A stretch of 28,898 nt of DNA from Candidatus Thorarchaeota archaeon (GCA_003345545.1 PRDH01000068.1:1-28898), one strand, 5' to 3'; positions 1 to 9,620 are shown, counted from the stretch's first letter. Numbers and translations are program-made. The notes: generated by a model from the sequence alone, not told the origin.

Positions 1-1
1 A

Positions 2-763
2 GATTCTTGGTTCGATGCGATTTACCTAAGGCATTCTCAGAGAAGATACTCTGGAGAGAAACCAGATGAGAAGATAGCGGATAGACTGGACATGGTGTGT
101 AATGGTTTTCAACCATTCTCTGGTGCCAGAGCTGTTCTTGTGAGACAACCAGGAGAGGATGTGTTCAGGGGAATCATTGGTTCATATTTCAAAGTCACAG
201 ATGCACCGTATTATGTGGCATTCATTGGCGATATGAGAGAGCCTACTGTCCAAGAGGTCACAGGATACCTCGGAGAGGGAATCATCCTTGAGGCAACAGT
301 CCTTGGCCTCAATACATGCTGGGTGGGGGGTTTCTTCCGCCGTGATACTGTCGCAAGACAGATTGATCTGCAGAACAATGAACACGTACTAGCTGTCACG
401 CCCGTCGGATACTCGAAAGACGAGATTGATAGAGTAGGCGTTTCCACTAAGGTTCACAAGAGGAAGGATTTCAACAGACTCGTCGTGAATGGTGACTTTG
501 AAGGGAGCAGCTGGATTAAACCAGCAATTGAGGCGGCTAGGTTAGCACCTTCAGCAGCCAACAGGCAACCATGGAAACTTGAGATTGGAGAGAGCTCAAT
601 TATGGTTTCAGCTGACAGTAGAAGACTTGATTTCGGCGTTTCAAGAAGACTTGATTGTGGAATTGCAATGCTACACATAGAGCTTGGAGCTCTCTCGGCC
701 GGTGTCCATGGGAAATGGGAGTTACTCGAGCACCCGAGTGTTGCCATCTACAGAGTCAATTAG
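2..763 (+). CDS. Nitroreductase family protein (5'-truncated by window edge)
   Basis: The frame is open from position 2 (DSWFDAIYLRHSQRRYSGE), giving the nitroreductase R-x-S-x-R-x-Y FMN motif upstream of the ATG at 92. Also GLNTCWVGG and a second-domain ARLAPSAANRQPW motif. Confidence 0.85.
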   Translation, partial: DSWFDAIYLRHSQRRYSGEKPDEKIADRLDMVCNGFQPFSGARAVLVRQPGEDVFRGIIGSYFKVTDAPYYVAFIGDMREPTVQEVTGYLGEGIILEATVLGLNTCWVGGFFRRDTVARQIDLQNNEHVLAVTPVGYSKDEIDRVGVSTKVHKRKDFNRLVVNGDFEGSSWIKPAIEAARLAPSAANRQPWKLEIGESSIMVSADSRRLDFGVSRRLDCGIAMLHIELGALSAGVHGKWELLEHPSVAIYRVN

Positions 764-830
764 GTTCCATCTCTATCTGGCTGTCTTGCTCAGTATTCGG
801 AACACGTGTTCTAATTGATTGCATCCAAAG

Positions 831-2435
831 CTAGGCACTCTTCTTCTGAAGATAGGGACCTCTGTCAACAAAACCCAGCTCACGATAGTATTCTTTGACT
901 CCTATGCCACTGTTGACAAGAATCTGGGAGGCATCGAATTCAGTACGAGCAATCTCTTCAGCACCAGTAATCATCTTCTCACCCAGTCCAAGGTGTTGCC
1001 AAGCGTCTGCATCTCTATGACCAATGTCAACAACGGGGCCATATACTCTCAATTCACGAATGATGACAGACGGTTTCTCGACGATTTCAGGTCTGTGAGC
1101 AGCTTCACTCGGGACACGAAGACGGATGAAACCAAACAACACATCCAGATCTGGGTCTTCAAAGGAAACAAAGATCTCTTTGCCATCAGAGGCGTCATAG
1201 TCACGACGGACTAATCGGATGTTATCAGGGTCTATCAGCTCATCGGACCGCATCTGAAAATGGCCAATCTCACGATGCCGAATCGTCGGATCCCGCAGAC
1301 CCGCAGATTTCATCTGCTGATCGACGAGTTCGCGAAGGTTACCCTGATTCAGACCAGCTTCTATCTGATGCAGGGGAATGTCTCTCTGCATCCTCTGAAT
1401 CCGCACGTATTCAGGCATGGCACTTACAGCAGCGGAGATTACTGAAACCACCTGCTCATTTGTGTAGGGCGTGTACACCCCGGCCTGCCACCAATCGTAC
1501 AGTTTGGTGTGCTTCACAACAATCGTAGGATAAATCTTGAGCATGTCAGGCCGAAACCGGGAATCTGAGAAGAGCTGCTTGAAGGTTTCAATGTCGTCTT
1601 CAGGAGTGGCTCCCGGGAGGCCCGGCATCATATGATAGCATACTTTGAGGCCGCTATCACGAAGGAGCTTCGTCGCTCTGACTGTGGCATCAACCCCATG
1701 ACCCCGCTCCACGAGTGTGAGTATTTTGTCAGAGAGAGTCTGTACCCCAATTTCAACCCGCGTTGCACCCATCTCGAGCATCGCATCGATGCTCTCTCGT
1801 GTCACCCAGTCAGGACGTGTTTCAAAGGTCAGACCAACATCACGGACCGCAGCAGTCTCATTCATTTTCATCGAGGTTTCTAGATTGTCACTGACCGCCC
1901 CATTCATTGCATCAAGACAGCCCTTTACAAAGAACTGCTGGTATTCTCTTGGTTTGGAACACCAGTCTCCGCCCATCACTATCAGCTCGACCTTGTTTAT
2001 GCTGTGGCCTATATTCTTGAGTTGGCGTAGTCTGCTCTCTACTTGCCGATAGGGGTCGAAGTCGTTCTGAATGCCTCTCATAGTGGCAGGCTCATACCCT
2101 GTATAGCTCTGGGGAACTCCTTGTTCAGGGCCGCCGGGGCAGTAAGCACATTTTCCGTGAGGACATCCATACGGCCGAGTCATGGCCGCAACGATAGCTA
2201 CTCCTGAAACTGTGCGCACTGGACGTTTCTGAAGAAACGGTCGAAGAAGATCAGTTTCTTCAGGAACGGTGGCACCGAGAATATCAGCATTTGAGGGGGT
2301 CTTTTTACAGTGATATTTCGCACAGACGCGGTTCTTGATCCTATTGACCGTTCTACGACTCAGAGGCTCATTGGAATTGAGTAGAGCCTCAACAATCTCC
2401 CTATGGACTCGATATTCGTCGTGAGGGTCAGTCAT
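831..2435 (-). CDS. elp3: Elongator protein 3, tRNA U34 carboxymethyltransferase (radical SAM + GNAT)
   Basis: RTVSGVAIVAAM, CPHGKCAYCPGG, QSYTGYEP, ETRPD, RVEIGVQT, LKIYPT, RELRVYG and WQHLGLG motifs. Confidence 0.95.
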   Translation of the reverse strand: MTDPHDEYRVHREIVEALLNSNEPLSRRTVNRIKNRVCAKYHCKKTPSNADILGATVPEETDLLRPFLQKRPVRTVSGVAIVAAMTRPYGCPHGKCAYCPGGPEQGVPQSYTGYEPATMRGIQNDFDPYRQVESRLRQLKNIGHSINKVELIVMGGDWCSKPREYQQFFVKGCLDAMNGAVSDNLETSMKMNETAAVRDVGLTFETRPDWVTRESIDAMLEMGATRVEIGVQTLSDKILTLVERGHGVDATVRATKLLRDSGLKVCYHMMPGLPGATPEDDIETFKQLFSDSRFRPDMLKIYPTIVVKHTKLYDWWQAGVYTPYTNEQVVSVISAAVSAMPEYVRIQRMQRDIPLHQIEAGLNQGNLRELVDQQMKSAGLRDPTIRHREIGHFQMRSDELIDPDNIRLVRRDYDASDGKEIFVSFEDPDLDVLFGFIRLRVPSEAAHRPEIVEKPSVIIRELRVYGPVVDIGHRDADAWQHLGLGEKMITGAEEIARTEFDASQILVNSGIGVKEYYRELGFVDRGPYLQKKSA

Positions 2436-2507
2436 AGCACACTTAGCTCAACGATTTCGGATTAATAGGATGCGGTTTGACTATGGTTTCACAAGCTTCG
2501 TGTAAGC

Positions 2508-3089
2508 CTATTTCTCAGGAGGGGCGGGTGATGTGAAACCATCAATGCTGATGCTCTCAACACTGTTATCATTATATGAGTGGGTGAGTTCACCAACTAA
2601 AACCGTTTCAACGCCGAACCGTTTGCAGGCATCCTCCAGTGTCGATACGGCCACCCTTGTCCAACCAGTGACATCAATCTCTCCTGGAACTGCTACCTCT
2701 CGTACCATTATGCTGAATGGCCTCACATGTTCAGCAGTGAGTATCTTTGCCACAACGGACAGCACCGTCCTTCTGTCCTCGTTCAAGGAGTGAGCGTAGG
2801 CCAGTATCAGTCTGTCAACTGCATCGGGGCTTCCAATGGCAGACAACGTTGTCAGTCCTGTGAGCCATTCATCGTAATCATTAGAGCTCAGTAGCTGTTC
2901 GCAGTAATCCATTAGATCAGGATCATGTCTACGAGCCAGTTCTAGGAGAGCCGGTCTACGAAGAAGAAGATGAACAGTACCATCATTGACCAAGTCCCAC
3001 AGCCGAGCACTATCGATATCCACGTGTAGAGGGGTATGGTCTTCGACCTGATAGGGTTTCAATAGCAGTCGCAACTGTGGGCAGGTCAT
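2508..3089 (-). CDS. Hypothetical protein with HEAT/PBS-lyase-like helical repeats
   Basis: 193-aa ORF filling the gap. The pattern 'RRPALLELAR...LLSSNDYDEWLTGLTTLSAIGSPDAVDRLI' resembles HEAT_2 repeats. Confidence 0.55.
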   Translation of the reverse strand: MTCPQLRLLLKPYQVEDHTPLHVDIDSARLWDLVNDGTVHLLLRRPALLELARRHDPDLMDYCEQLLSSNDYDEWLTGLTTLSAIGSPDAVDRLILAYAHSLNEDRRTVLSVVAKILTAEHVRPFSIMVREVAVPGEIDVTGWTRVAVSTLEDACKRFGVETVLVGELTHSYNDNSVESISIDGFTSPAPPEK

Positions 3090-3229
3090 GAACTGCGGTA
3101 TCGGCCAGGACTATTAAGGTCGTCATAGATCTAGACATGAGAACAAATGCTGTCGGTCCTGCTAGCGTCAATTGGATAGCTTTTTATGACATCAGCTCAG
3201 AACCACAGTACTGACAAGGTGAAGTATCG

Positions 3230-3391
3230 ATGCCTGGTTCACATGGTTCACTAACAAAGGCGGGAAAAGTACGCGAGTCCACACCAAAGGTCAAGGGTCG
3301 TGAGAGGCATACACCGATTCCTCGACTGCGGAACAAGAGGAACTATGTAAAGCGCTTTGTACAGGGTCAGACAATTGGCGTCCGCAAATGA
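3230..3391 (+). CDS. rps30e: 30S ribosomal protein eS30 (S30e), not in ORF track
   Basis: Manual translation gives MPGSHGSLTKAGKVRESTPKVKGRERHTPIPRLRNKRNYVKRFVQGQTIGVRK, with the HGSLxxAGKVRxxTPKV signature. SD-like AGGTGA lies just upstream and TTTTTATG is at 3181. Confidence 0.95.
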   Translation: MPGSHGSLTKAGKVRESTPKVKGRERHTPIPRLRNKRNYVKRFVQGQTIGVRK

Positions 3392-3434
3392 ACACTGTTT
3401 CTGAGTATAGGTTTCTGATAAGTCGAGCAGAGGT

Positions 3435-4256
3435 TCAACATTCTTTCTTCGAGCCCATTTGGTCTCGATAATGCCGTCCAAAATCAGAGAGTTTCTTAAG
3501 CTGCACTCCTGTGAACACAGGTCCGTCCAAACAGACCAGATCACCTGTGGGGTCCATTGCACAGGTACCACAGATGCCGCAGCCACATTTCATGAACCGC
3601 TCTAGAGATGCCTGAAATCCAATACCGGCCTTGGTGGCCAGTCTAAACAACTTAGCCATCATCAGTTCTGGGCCACATGTATAGAGTGTATCGAACTCCC
3701 TAATATTCAGAAGTTCGGTCACACCTTCAGTAGCCATCCCCTTGAACCCGGAACTTCCATCATCAGTCGTCGTTATCAGTCTGAAGGCACTGTTAGTCTG
3801 TTCAGAGAACTCCCTGTGAAACACAAGGTCATTCTTCGTCTTGGCTGCGATGAGCAGAGTGACTTCTGCGCCTTCTTCAAGAAGATTGTAGACAAGGGGT
3901 CGCAATGGTGCCATTCCAACACCCCCACCAACAACAAGCGCCCTCTTACTGTCAGTATCAAATGATTTCCCAAAGGGGCCCCGTATTCCAATCCAGTCAC
4001 CAGTGGCCATGGAGATCAACGCCTTTGTGGCTTCACCTATGTTCAAGACAGTTATTTCTGCAACCGGAGGGGTCCATTTTGATATACTCATGGGGACTTC
4101 GTCGACTCCGGGAACCCATACCATCAGGAATTGACCTGGGCAGAATTTCATAGTTTCGTTCATACTGAACTGCAGCGTCCGGCATCTCGAAGTTTCGGGG
4201 ACGAACCCTGAGATCCTGACTGAAACAAAATTCCCCAGAAGATCCTCAATTCTCAT
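3435..4256 (-). CDS. pyrK: Dihydroorotate dehydrogenase electron transfer subunit
   Basis: PGQFLMVW, RGPFG, VGGGVGMAPL, CGPELMM and the 2Fe-2S motif CGCGICGTC...VCLDGPVF. Its start overlaps the pyrD stop (ATGA). Confidence 0.93.
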   Translation of the reverse strand: MRIEDLLGNFVSVRISGFVPETSRCRTLQFSMNETMKFCPGQFLMVWVPGVDEVPMSISKWTPPVAEITVLNIGEATKALISMATGDWIGIRGPFGKSFDTDSKRALVVGGGVGMAPLRPLVYNLLEEGAEVTLLIAAKTKNDLVFHREFSEQTNSAFRLITTTDDGSSGFKGMATEGVTELLNIREFDTLYTCGPELMMAKLFRLATKAGIGFQASLERFMKCGCGICGTCAMDPTGDLVCLDGPVFTGVQLKKLSDFGRHYRDQMGSKKEC

Positions 4257-5179
4257 GTTTCGGACCTCCGTGCAGCGCCAATTATGTCATCCACACTCTT
4301 CAGACCTAGTTGCTCAATGTATCTGCTCACACCACTCTTGACCTTTGAGAAGACCTCAATGTCATTCATCACAGCAGTACCAATCTGTATGGCAGTCGCA
4401 CCAGCGAGATGCATCTCCACAGCGTCCTCCCAAGTTGATATGCCACCCACTCCGATGATGGGGATTGAGAGTGCAGTATAGAGGTCATAGACACACCTGA
4501 CAGCGATTGGAAATATCGACGGTCCAGAGAGTCCGCCAACCATATTTCCCAGAATCGGTCGCCGCTGACGAATATCTATCCTCATAGCTCGAACTGTGTT
4601 TATAGCCACAACGGCATCTGCGCCTGCATCCTGTGCGGCCTTTCCCACGGAAACATAATCAGAGGCGTTAGGAGTCAGCTTTGCAAAGACTGGGATGTCG
4701 ACAACCTGCTTTGCAGCACTCACATAGTCAAATGTCAGTTTAGGACTGTGGGATATCTGGCTGATTTCTGCATGAGGACACGAGAGATTCAGTTCGATAG
4801 CTGATGGCTTCATCCCTGCAGCCTTCTCTGCAATGTCTGCAATCTCTTGCGGAGTGTTACCAAAGATGCTCATGACAACCGGAATGTTGGCCTTCCGCAG
4901 CAGCTTCATTTCGCTCTCAAAGGCATCTATGCCTGGGTTCGTCAGACCAACCGCATTCAGTAGGCCGCCATGACTCTCTGTCAAAACTGGACCGGAATTG
5001 CCTTTTCGTGGTCTGAAACCTATAGATTTCGTGACAACCGCATCAGCTCCAGAGTTGACTACTCTAATCATTGTGGAGGCAGCAACACCTAGAATTCCTG
5101 AAGCCAGCCAGTAGCCACGTATTTTCAACTTGTCATCATTTATGTTGGGGTCAGCGCTCAGTAATAAGCTAGTTGGCAA
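4253..5179 (-). CDS. pyrD: Dihydroorotate dehydrogenase family 1B catalytic subunit (start uncertain)
   Basis: LASG, VTKS, NAVGLTNPG, ELNLSCPH (catalytic Cys), KLTPN, AINT, GGLSG and IIGVGGI motifs. Confidence 0.93.
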   Translation of the reverse strand: MPTSLLLSADPNINDDKLKIRGYWLASGILGVAASTMIRVVNSGADAVVTKSIGFRPRKGNSGPVLTESHGGLLNAVGLTNPGIDAFESEMKLLRKANIPVVMSIFGNTPQEIADIAEKAAGMKPSAIELNLSCPHAEISQISHSPKLTFDYVSAAKQVVDIPVFAKLTPNASDYVSVGKAAQDAGADAVVAINTVRAMRIDIRQRRPILGNMVGGLSGPSIFPIAVRCVYDLYTALSIPIIGVGGISTWEDAVEMHLAGATAIQIGTAVMNDIEVFSKVKSGVSRYIEQLGLKSVDDIIGAARRSET

Positions 5180-5235
5180 GACTTATTCGGTATGTAATCA
5201 CTCAATCAACCAACTCTATTGAGGATGGATTGACT

Positions 5236-6510
5236 GTGCCAGTGTATCTTACGGTTTCGGCCTTTGGGGCGTTCGTGCTCAACCAGCACAATGAAGTCAT
5301 TGCAAGACAGGTCGCATATCCTGACGAAGCATTAGCGGTCTCTAACCTTCTCGCGATCAGTGAGGGAAAACCTACCGATCTGATTAGATCAGTGGTATCG
5401 GAGATTGTCAGACTTGGCACGACTGAGGTGTTCGTTGAGGATCAGATGCTAGCACGCTCTCTAACACAATTCGAGAACATTGTGGTGAGGGTTGCTGATG
5501 ATGGCGTGATAAAGTGGTTCAGGGAGAATCTTGGAGAGTACCTCAGGCAACTCAGTATAGTGAGGTCTCAAGAAGAGATCTCTTCGTTCAGGTATGCCGT
5601 GGCCATTCGACTATCCAAGGCCAAGTTGAGCGCGGCGAGTGGAGAGAAAGACTTGCTTGCGAAGAATGCAATTGATGCTATCGACGAGGTGGATAAGGCA
5701 ATAAACGTCCTCGTGATGCGAGCTCGGGAGTGGTACTCGATTCATCATCCCACGCTGAGCGAACTCGTACAAGACCAAGATCAGTTTGCACAGATACTCA
5801 TGTCCTGCTGTGGAAAGGCAAGAGTGACCAAAGAGTGTCTAGAGAGGGCGGGGGTCCAAGAGGACATCAGGAACCAAGTGCTGAAAGCAGTAGCTGGCGA
5901 CATCGGAGCAGACATGAGAGAAATCGATCTTGGTATTATTCAAAGCCTTGCACGTACAATAGATGGCCTCCACAATACCCGCAGGGAGATTGAGTCCTAC
6001 GTGACCACCGTCATGCAGAAAATAGCGCCAAACATGACTGCACTAGTAGGGCCTCTCATTGGAGCGCGCCTGATCAGTCTCGCAGGATCACTCAAGGAGT
6101 TGGCACGAAAACCCTCAAGCACCATTCAAGTGTACGGGGCTGAGAAAGCTCTCTTCAGGAGTCTGAAGACAGGAGCAGATCCACCAAAACATGGAATCAT
6201 ATACCGCGTGACGGAAGTCAATGGTGCACCATACTGGCAAAGAGGAAAAATAGCGCGAGCACTGGCAGGCAAGTTATCGATTGCTGCACGTATTGATGCA
6301 TATGCAGAGAGAGACATGGGTAACTCTCTTAGAGAGGCCTTCTTGTCCAGAGTCGAGGAGATACGGAAGCAGAATCCAGAGGCTCCGGTCAAGGAGGCTA
6401 AACCACTCAAACCAAAACCAGAGGAAAAACGAAAACAACCACCCAGAGGTCGGGATAGGAGCAAGGGACGGAATCGAAAAGATAAGAGGCCCCAAGGAGG
6501 GCGAAGATAA
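5236..6510 (+). CDS. nop5: Box C/D RNP protein Nop5 (Nop56/58)
   Basis: REWYSIH, APNMTALVGPLIGARLI, PSSTIQVYGAEKALFR, PPKHGII, RGKIARALAGKLSIAARID and a basic C-terminal tail. The start is probably GTG 5236 (or TTG 5230) after GAGGATGG. Confidence 0.95.
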   Translation: MPVYLTVSAFGAFVLNQHNEVIARQVAYPDEALAVSNLLAISEGKPTDLIRSVVSEIVRLGTTEVFVEDQMLARSLTQFENIVVRVADDGVIKWFRENLGEYLRQLSIVRSQEEISSFRYAVAIRLSKAKLSAASGEKDLLAKNAIDAIDEVDKAINVLVMRAREWYSIHHPTLSELVQDQDQFAQILMSCCGKARVTKECLERAGVQEDIRNQVLKAVAGDIGADMREIDLGIIQSLARTIDGLHNTRREIESYVTTVMQKIAPNMTALVGPLIGARLISLAGSLKELARKPSSTIQVYGAEKALFRSLKTGADPPKHGIIYRVTEVNGAPYWQRGKIARALAGKLSIAARIDAYAERDMGNSLREAFLSRVEEIRKQNPEAPVKEAKPLKPKPEEKRKQPPRGRDRSKGRNRKDKRPQGGRR

Positions 6511-7208
6511 TGTCAACAGTGGCACCACACAAGTTCGCTGGAGTATACACATCAACAGATGGAGAATACACTTCTCTCTCCACAAAGTCGCTGGTCCCAG
6601 GGGTCAGTGTCTATGGAGAGAAGCTTGTCAACGTAGGACAGGACGAGTTTCGTATTTGGTCACCAAGACGGTCCAAACTTGCAGCAGCCATAAAAAAGGG
6701 CCTAGCGGAGATGCCCATCCAGCCGGGCTCTAAGGTGCTGTACCTAGGTGCAGCATCAGGCACAACAGTGAGCCATTGTTCGGATATAGTTGGAAAGGGT
6801 GGTGTTATCTACGCAGTGGAATTTGCACCTAGAAGTGCAAGAGACCTGGTTCAGCTCGCTGCCTCACGCACCAATGTGATTCCGATTATCGAGGATGCAA
6901 GGCATCCTACACGTTACGCCCCGCTTGTGTCCGGCCCAATAGATGTCATCTACCAGGACGTAGCACAGCCAAATCAGGCGACTATTCTCTGTGAGAATCT
7001 CAAGACATTCTGCTCATTTGGAGCTTGGGGGATGCTTGCCATCAAAGCTAGAAGCATTGACTCGGCAACCAGTCTTGACAAGGTCTACAACAAGGAGATT
7101 GCAGAGCTTGACAGGAGAGGATTGGATGTCGTGGAGAATATCGATCTCGAACCACTAGAGAGAGATCACCGGTTCGTTGTATGCCGAGTGACGGAGGATG
7201 TGACTTGA
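6510..7208 (+). CDS. flpA: Fibrillarin-like rRNA/tRNA 2'-O-methyltransferase
   Basis: VYGEK, RSKLAAAI, VLYLGAASGTTVSH, AVEFAPR, DVAQPNQ and IKARSID motifs. TAATG coupling to nop5. Confidence 0.97.
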   Translation: MSTVAPHKFAGVYTSTDGEYTSLSTKSLVPGVSVYGEKLVNVGQDEFRIWSPRRSKLAAAIKKGLAEMPIQPGSKVLYLGAASGTTVSHCSDIVGKGGVIYAVEFAPRSARDLVQLAASRTNVIPIIEDARHPTRYAPLVSGPIDVIYQDVAQPNQATILCENLKTFCSFGAWGMLAIKARSIDSATSLDKVYNKEIAELDRRGLDVVENIDLEPLERDHRFVVCRVTEDVT

Positions 7209-7675
7209 GTCCATCGATAGACAGACTGATTGAACATGAAATTGACACTCTTAATGACCACCTCCCTGAGTCCAGAGTTACACTTCGGGAACTCTGCGAA
7301 ATGGACAAGCCATGTTTCAACACACGATGTGGAGAGCAATCGGTCTTCCGTGTTGAGGAGTTGGAGTGGCTTCGAAAGCAGGTTCCTGGGTTGTATCATG
7401 ACAGCGTACGGTTACCTATTGTGATTTTGAGGCGGCTCGACTATGGTCTAGGTGTATATACAGTAGCAGGCAACAAGATAGAGCTCTTCATGATTCACCG
7501 CATCCTAGGATATGTTGACCTAGAGTGGGAGGATTTTGCAGCATGGAAACCTGTTGAGCGCTTAGCTAGGCCACAGGTTCAAGTTCTCAGAAAGAGGATG
7601 CCTTCAACTTCATGTATCGGAATCGTGCATGCTACAAGGGAAGATGCAACAGAAGACTCGAAACCTGATGTATAA
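7205..7675 (+). CDS. DUF61 (UPF0216) family protein
   Basis: EIDTLNDHLPESRVTLREL, F..EELE and VRLPIVI motifs, plus 'QVQVLRKRMPSTS'. The likely TTG start at 7205 overlaps the fibrillarin stop. Confidence 0.75.
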   Translation: MSPSIDRLIEHEIDTLNDHLPESRVTLRELCEMDKPCFNTRCGEQSVFRVEELEWLRKQVPGLYHDSVRLPIVILRRLDYGLGVYTVAGNKIELFMIHRILGYVDLEWEDFAAWKPVERLARPQVQVLRKRMPSTSCIGIVHATREDATEDSKPDV

Positions 7676-7738
7676 TATGTTTTCACTATTAGATAATCTG
7701 AAAAGGATTTATTGTTGAACAGAAGCTGGTCGATGAAA

Positions 7739-8692
7739 ATGACTAAAGCCAGAACTCAACTAACACAGGAGATAATCACCCAGTTAGGTGAGGCTGGATT
7801 TAGCCTATCAACTCAGTGTGACGTACGGCCAAGCTGTTTTGATATGGTGGCCCGCAAAGGCGACCGGCTCTTGCTTGTAAAGGTACTATCCAATATCGAT
7901 GCCTTGACCAAGGAAGATGCAGAGGCACTGCAGCTAGTGGCCAACTTCTTCAGCGCCACTCCGCTGATTGTCGGTCACAAGACAAGGAAGGGACAACTTG
8001 ACGAGGGTGTAGTATACAAGAGACATGGGCTCTCTACTATCGCACCCCCAAGCCTTCAAGGTATGATTGCAGAGGATCGAATGCCCCGCGAATTCGCACA
8101 GAGAGGCGGTAGACTGGTAGCAATAGATAGTGCCAAGCTCAGAAAAGCACGTCTAGAGCGCAAGATGACTACCGGTGACCTTGCAGATTGTATTCAGGTA
8201 TCTGCGAGAGCTGTTCTTGCATACGAGAAGGATGAGATGGACGTCAGTATTGAAACAGCAGAGCGTCTTGAGGAAGTACTGGAAACAGACCTGATGATTC
8301 CTATTGATCTCCTCCGAGAGCAGGAGGAGAAGATGATGCCTCAGCAAGGCGCCCCGACAGACATGCTTGAACAGCGTGTGAACGAGTTCTTTGCAAGGCT
8401 TGGCATGAAAGTCCTCTGGACTGATCGTGCCCCATTCCATGTAGCAGCAAAAGAAACAGGTCCACCTCTGATATCAGGTGTGGGCTCGATAAAGAGCTGG
8501 AGCCTGAAGAAACGCATGGAGATTCTCAAGAGCGTTTCCAAGGTATCAGAGTCTGATGCAGTGATATTTGTCGAAGAGGGTCAGAGCGAAGAAACAGTTT
8601 CGAGTCTCCCGGTCATACGCCAGCTTGAACTTGATGCTATTGATAAACCTCGAGAACTCAAGAAGATCATTGCGGAGAGGTCCAGTGAGTAG
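7739..8692 (+). CDS. Archaeal HTH transcriptional regulator (COG1395-like, nuclease-like domain + XRE HTH)
   Basis: RPSCFDMVARK..LLVKVLSNID and an HTH segment LRKARLERKMTTGDLADCIQVSARAVLAYE. BRE/TATA (GAAAAGGATTTATT, 7700-7713) suggests a leaderless ATG at 7733 or 7739. Confidence 0.85.
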   Translation: MTKARTQLTQEIITQLGEAGFSLSTQCDVRPSCFDMVARKGDRLLLVKVLSNIDALTKEDAEALQLVANFFSATPLIVGHKTRKGQLDEGVVYKRHGLSTIAPPSLQGMIAEDRMPREFAQRGGRLVAIDSAKLRKARLERKMTTGDLADCIQVSARAVLAYEKDEMDVSIETAERLEEVLETDLMIPIDLLREQEEKMMPQQGAPTDMLEQRVNEFFARLGMKVLWTDRAPFHVAAKETGPPLISGVGSIKSWSLKKRMEILKSVSKVSESDAVIFVEEGQSEETVSSLPVIRQLELDAIDKPRELKKIIAERSSE

Positions 8693-8702
8693 AGCACCCG
8701 AA

Positions 8703-9380
8703 TCAGAGGATGCTTGTTTGTTTCGCTTCATCCTGAATTCTCTTCACAGAGCTCCAGCTGTGACGGACAATGGATGGCAATCTCTGCCCATCTCGAACCA
8801 AGTTGGTCACAAATGCCACTGTCTTGGGATCAGAGGGATACCCCGAACCAAAATCACCATATCTATCATGTAAGCCTGTAATCACCAAGTCGCGCTGAAC
8901 CTTGGCGAGAATTGAAGCGGCAGACACAATCGGATACGTTGAGTCAGCTTTGTGCTCAGACACGAACACTGTACCTCTCGAGGCAAGACCACTGATTTCG
9001 CCTATCTTGATACCGAAACGTTCTGCATTCACATCGACAGCATCGAGATAGACCCTCTCGGGTCTTAGTGCCTTTACAATTTCAATGAACTCCCTGACCT
9101 CTACTTCATTCAGCGTGGTTTGTTTCCTGAGCCTGTCGATCTCAACGGCCGAAACGGACCGAATAACAATCTGTTCAGCTATGGATTCAATCTTCACACC
9201 TATCTTCTCACGACGAGATGGTGTGAGTTTCTTCGAGTCTCTCACGCCAATGCGCTCAAGCTCTTGGAGTGTGTCGGGGAGTACTAGGACTCCACAGATG
9301 ACCATGGGACCAATCAGTGGCCCGCGGCCAGCCTCATCTACCCCGGCAATTCCACGAAGACCAGCCCCTCTCTCTGTCAT
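8703..9380 (-). CDS. rnhB: Ribonuclease HII
   Basis: GVDEAGRGPLIGPMV, DSKKLT, HKAD..YPIVSAASILAKV and GSGYPSDP motifs. The true start is ATG 9380; the longer ORF call runs into the tRNA. Confidence 0.96.
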   Translation of the reverse strand: MTERGAGLRGIAGVDEAGRGPLIGPMVICGVLVLPDTLQELERIGVRDSKKLTPSRREKIGVKIESIAEQIVIRSVSAVEIDRLRKQTTLNEVEVREFIEIVKALRPERVYLDAVDVNAERFGIKIGEISGLASRGTVFVSEHKADSTYPIVSAASILAKVQRDLVITGLHDRYGDFGSGYPSDPKTVAFVTNLVRDGQRLPSIVRHSWSSVKRIQDEAKQTSIL

Positions 9381-9439
9381 ACTTCGACAGATGAACCAGC
9401 CGCTTATTACTGTCACGGCTGAGCAAGTTGAAGAAAGAG

Positions 9440-9577
9440 TGGTGGGGACGGTGGGATTTGAACCCACGATCGACGAGTTACGCCAAGACGACGGTCATTT
9501 CTTGACCCCGCTCATTTCCAGTGCGAATTGCACCCAGATCTGGAGCCCGTCGCCTTACCGGTCTAGGCCACGTCCCC
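9440..9577 (-). tRNA. tRNA-Trp(CCA) with 61-nt intron at 37/38 (intron 9479-9539); 3' CCA encoded
   Basis: Reverse complement reads GGGGACG TG GCCT AGACCGGTA AGGC G ACGGG CT CCA G [intron] A CTCGT CGATC GTGGG TTCAAAT CCCAC CGTCCCC A CCA. All four stems pair. Confidence 0.93.
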
Positions 9578-9605
9578 GGCGTCGAGAGGCTGGACTGTCG
9601 TACAC

Positions 9606-9620
9606 GTTAAGAAGTTTTCG
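9606..9620 (-). promoter_or_regulatory. Putative BRE/TATA promoter of tRNA-Trp
   Basis: Minus strand CGAAAACTTCTTAAC about 30 nt upstream of the tRNA 5' end. Confidence 0.45.

Noticed and set aside
800-811. Perfect 12-bp palindrome GAACACGTGTTC between convergent genes
   Set aside because: A single occurrence of this length is expected by chance in 29 kb, and it is not near a promoter.
3251-3586. 111-aa minus-strand ORF
   Set aside because: It is a shadow ORF overlapping pyrK and antisense to the real eS30 gene.
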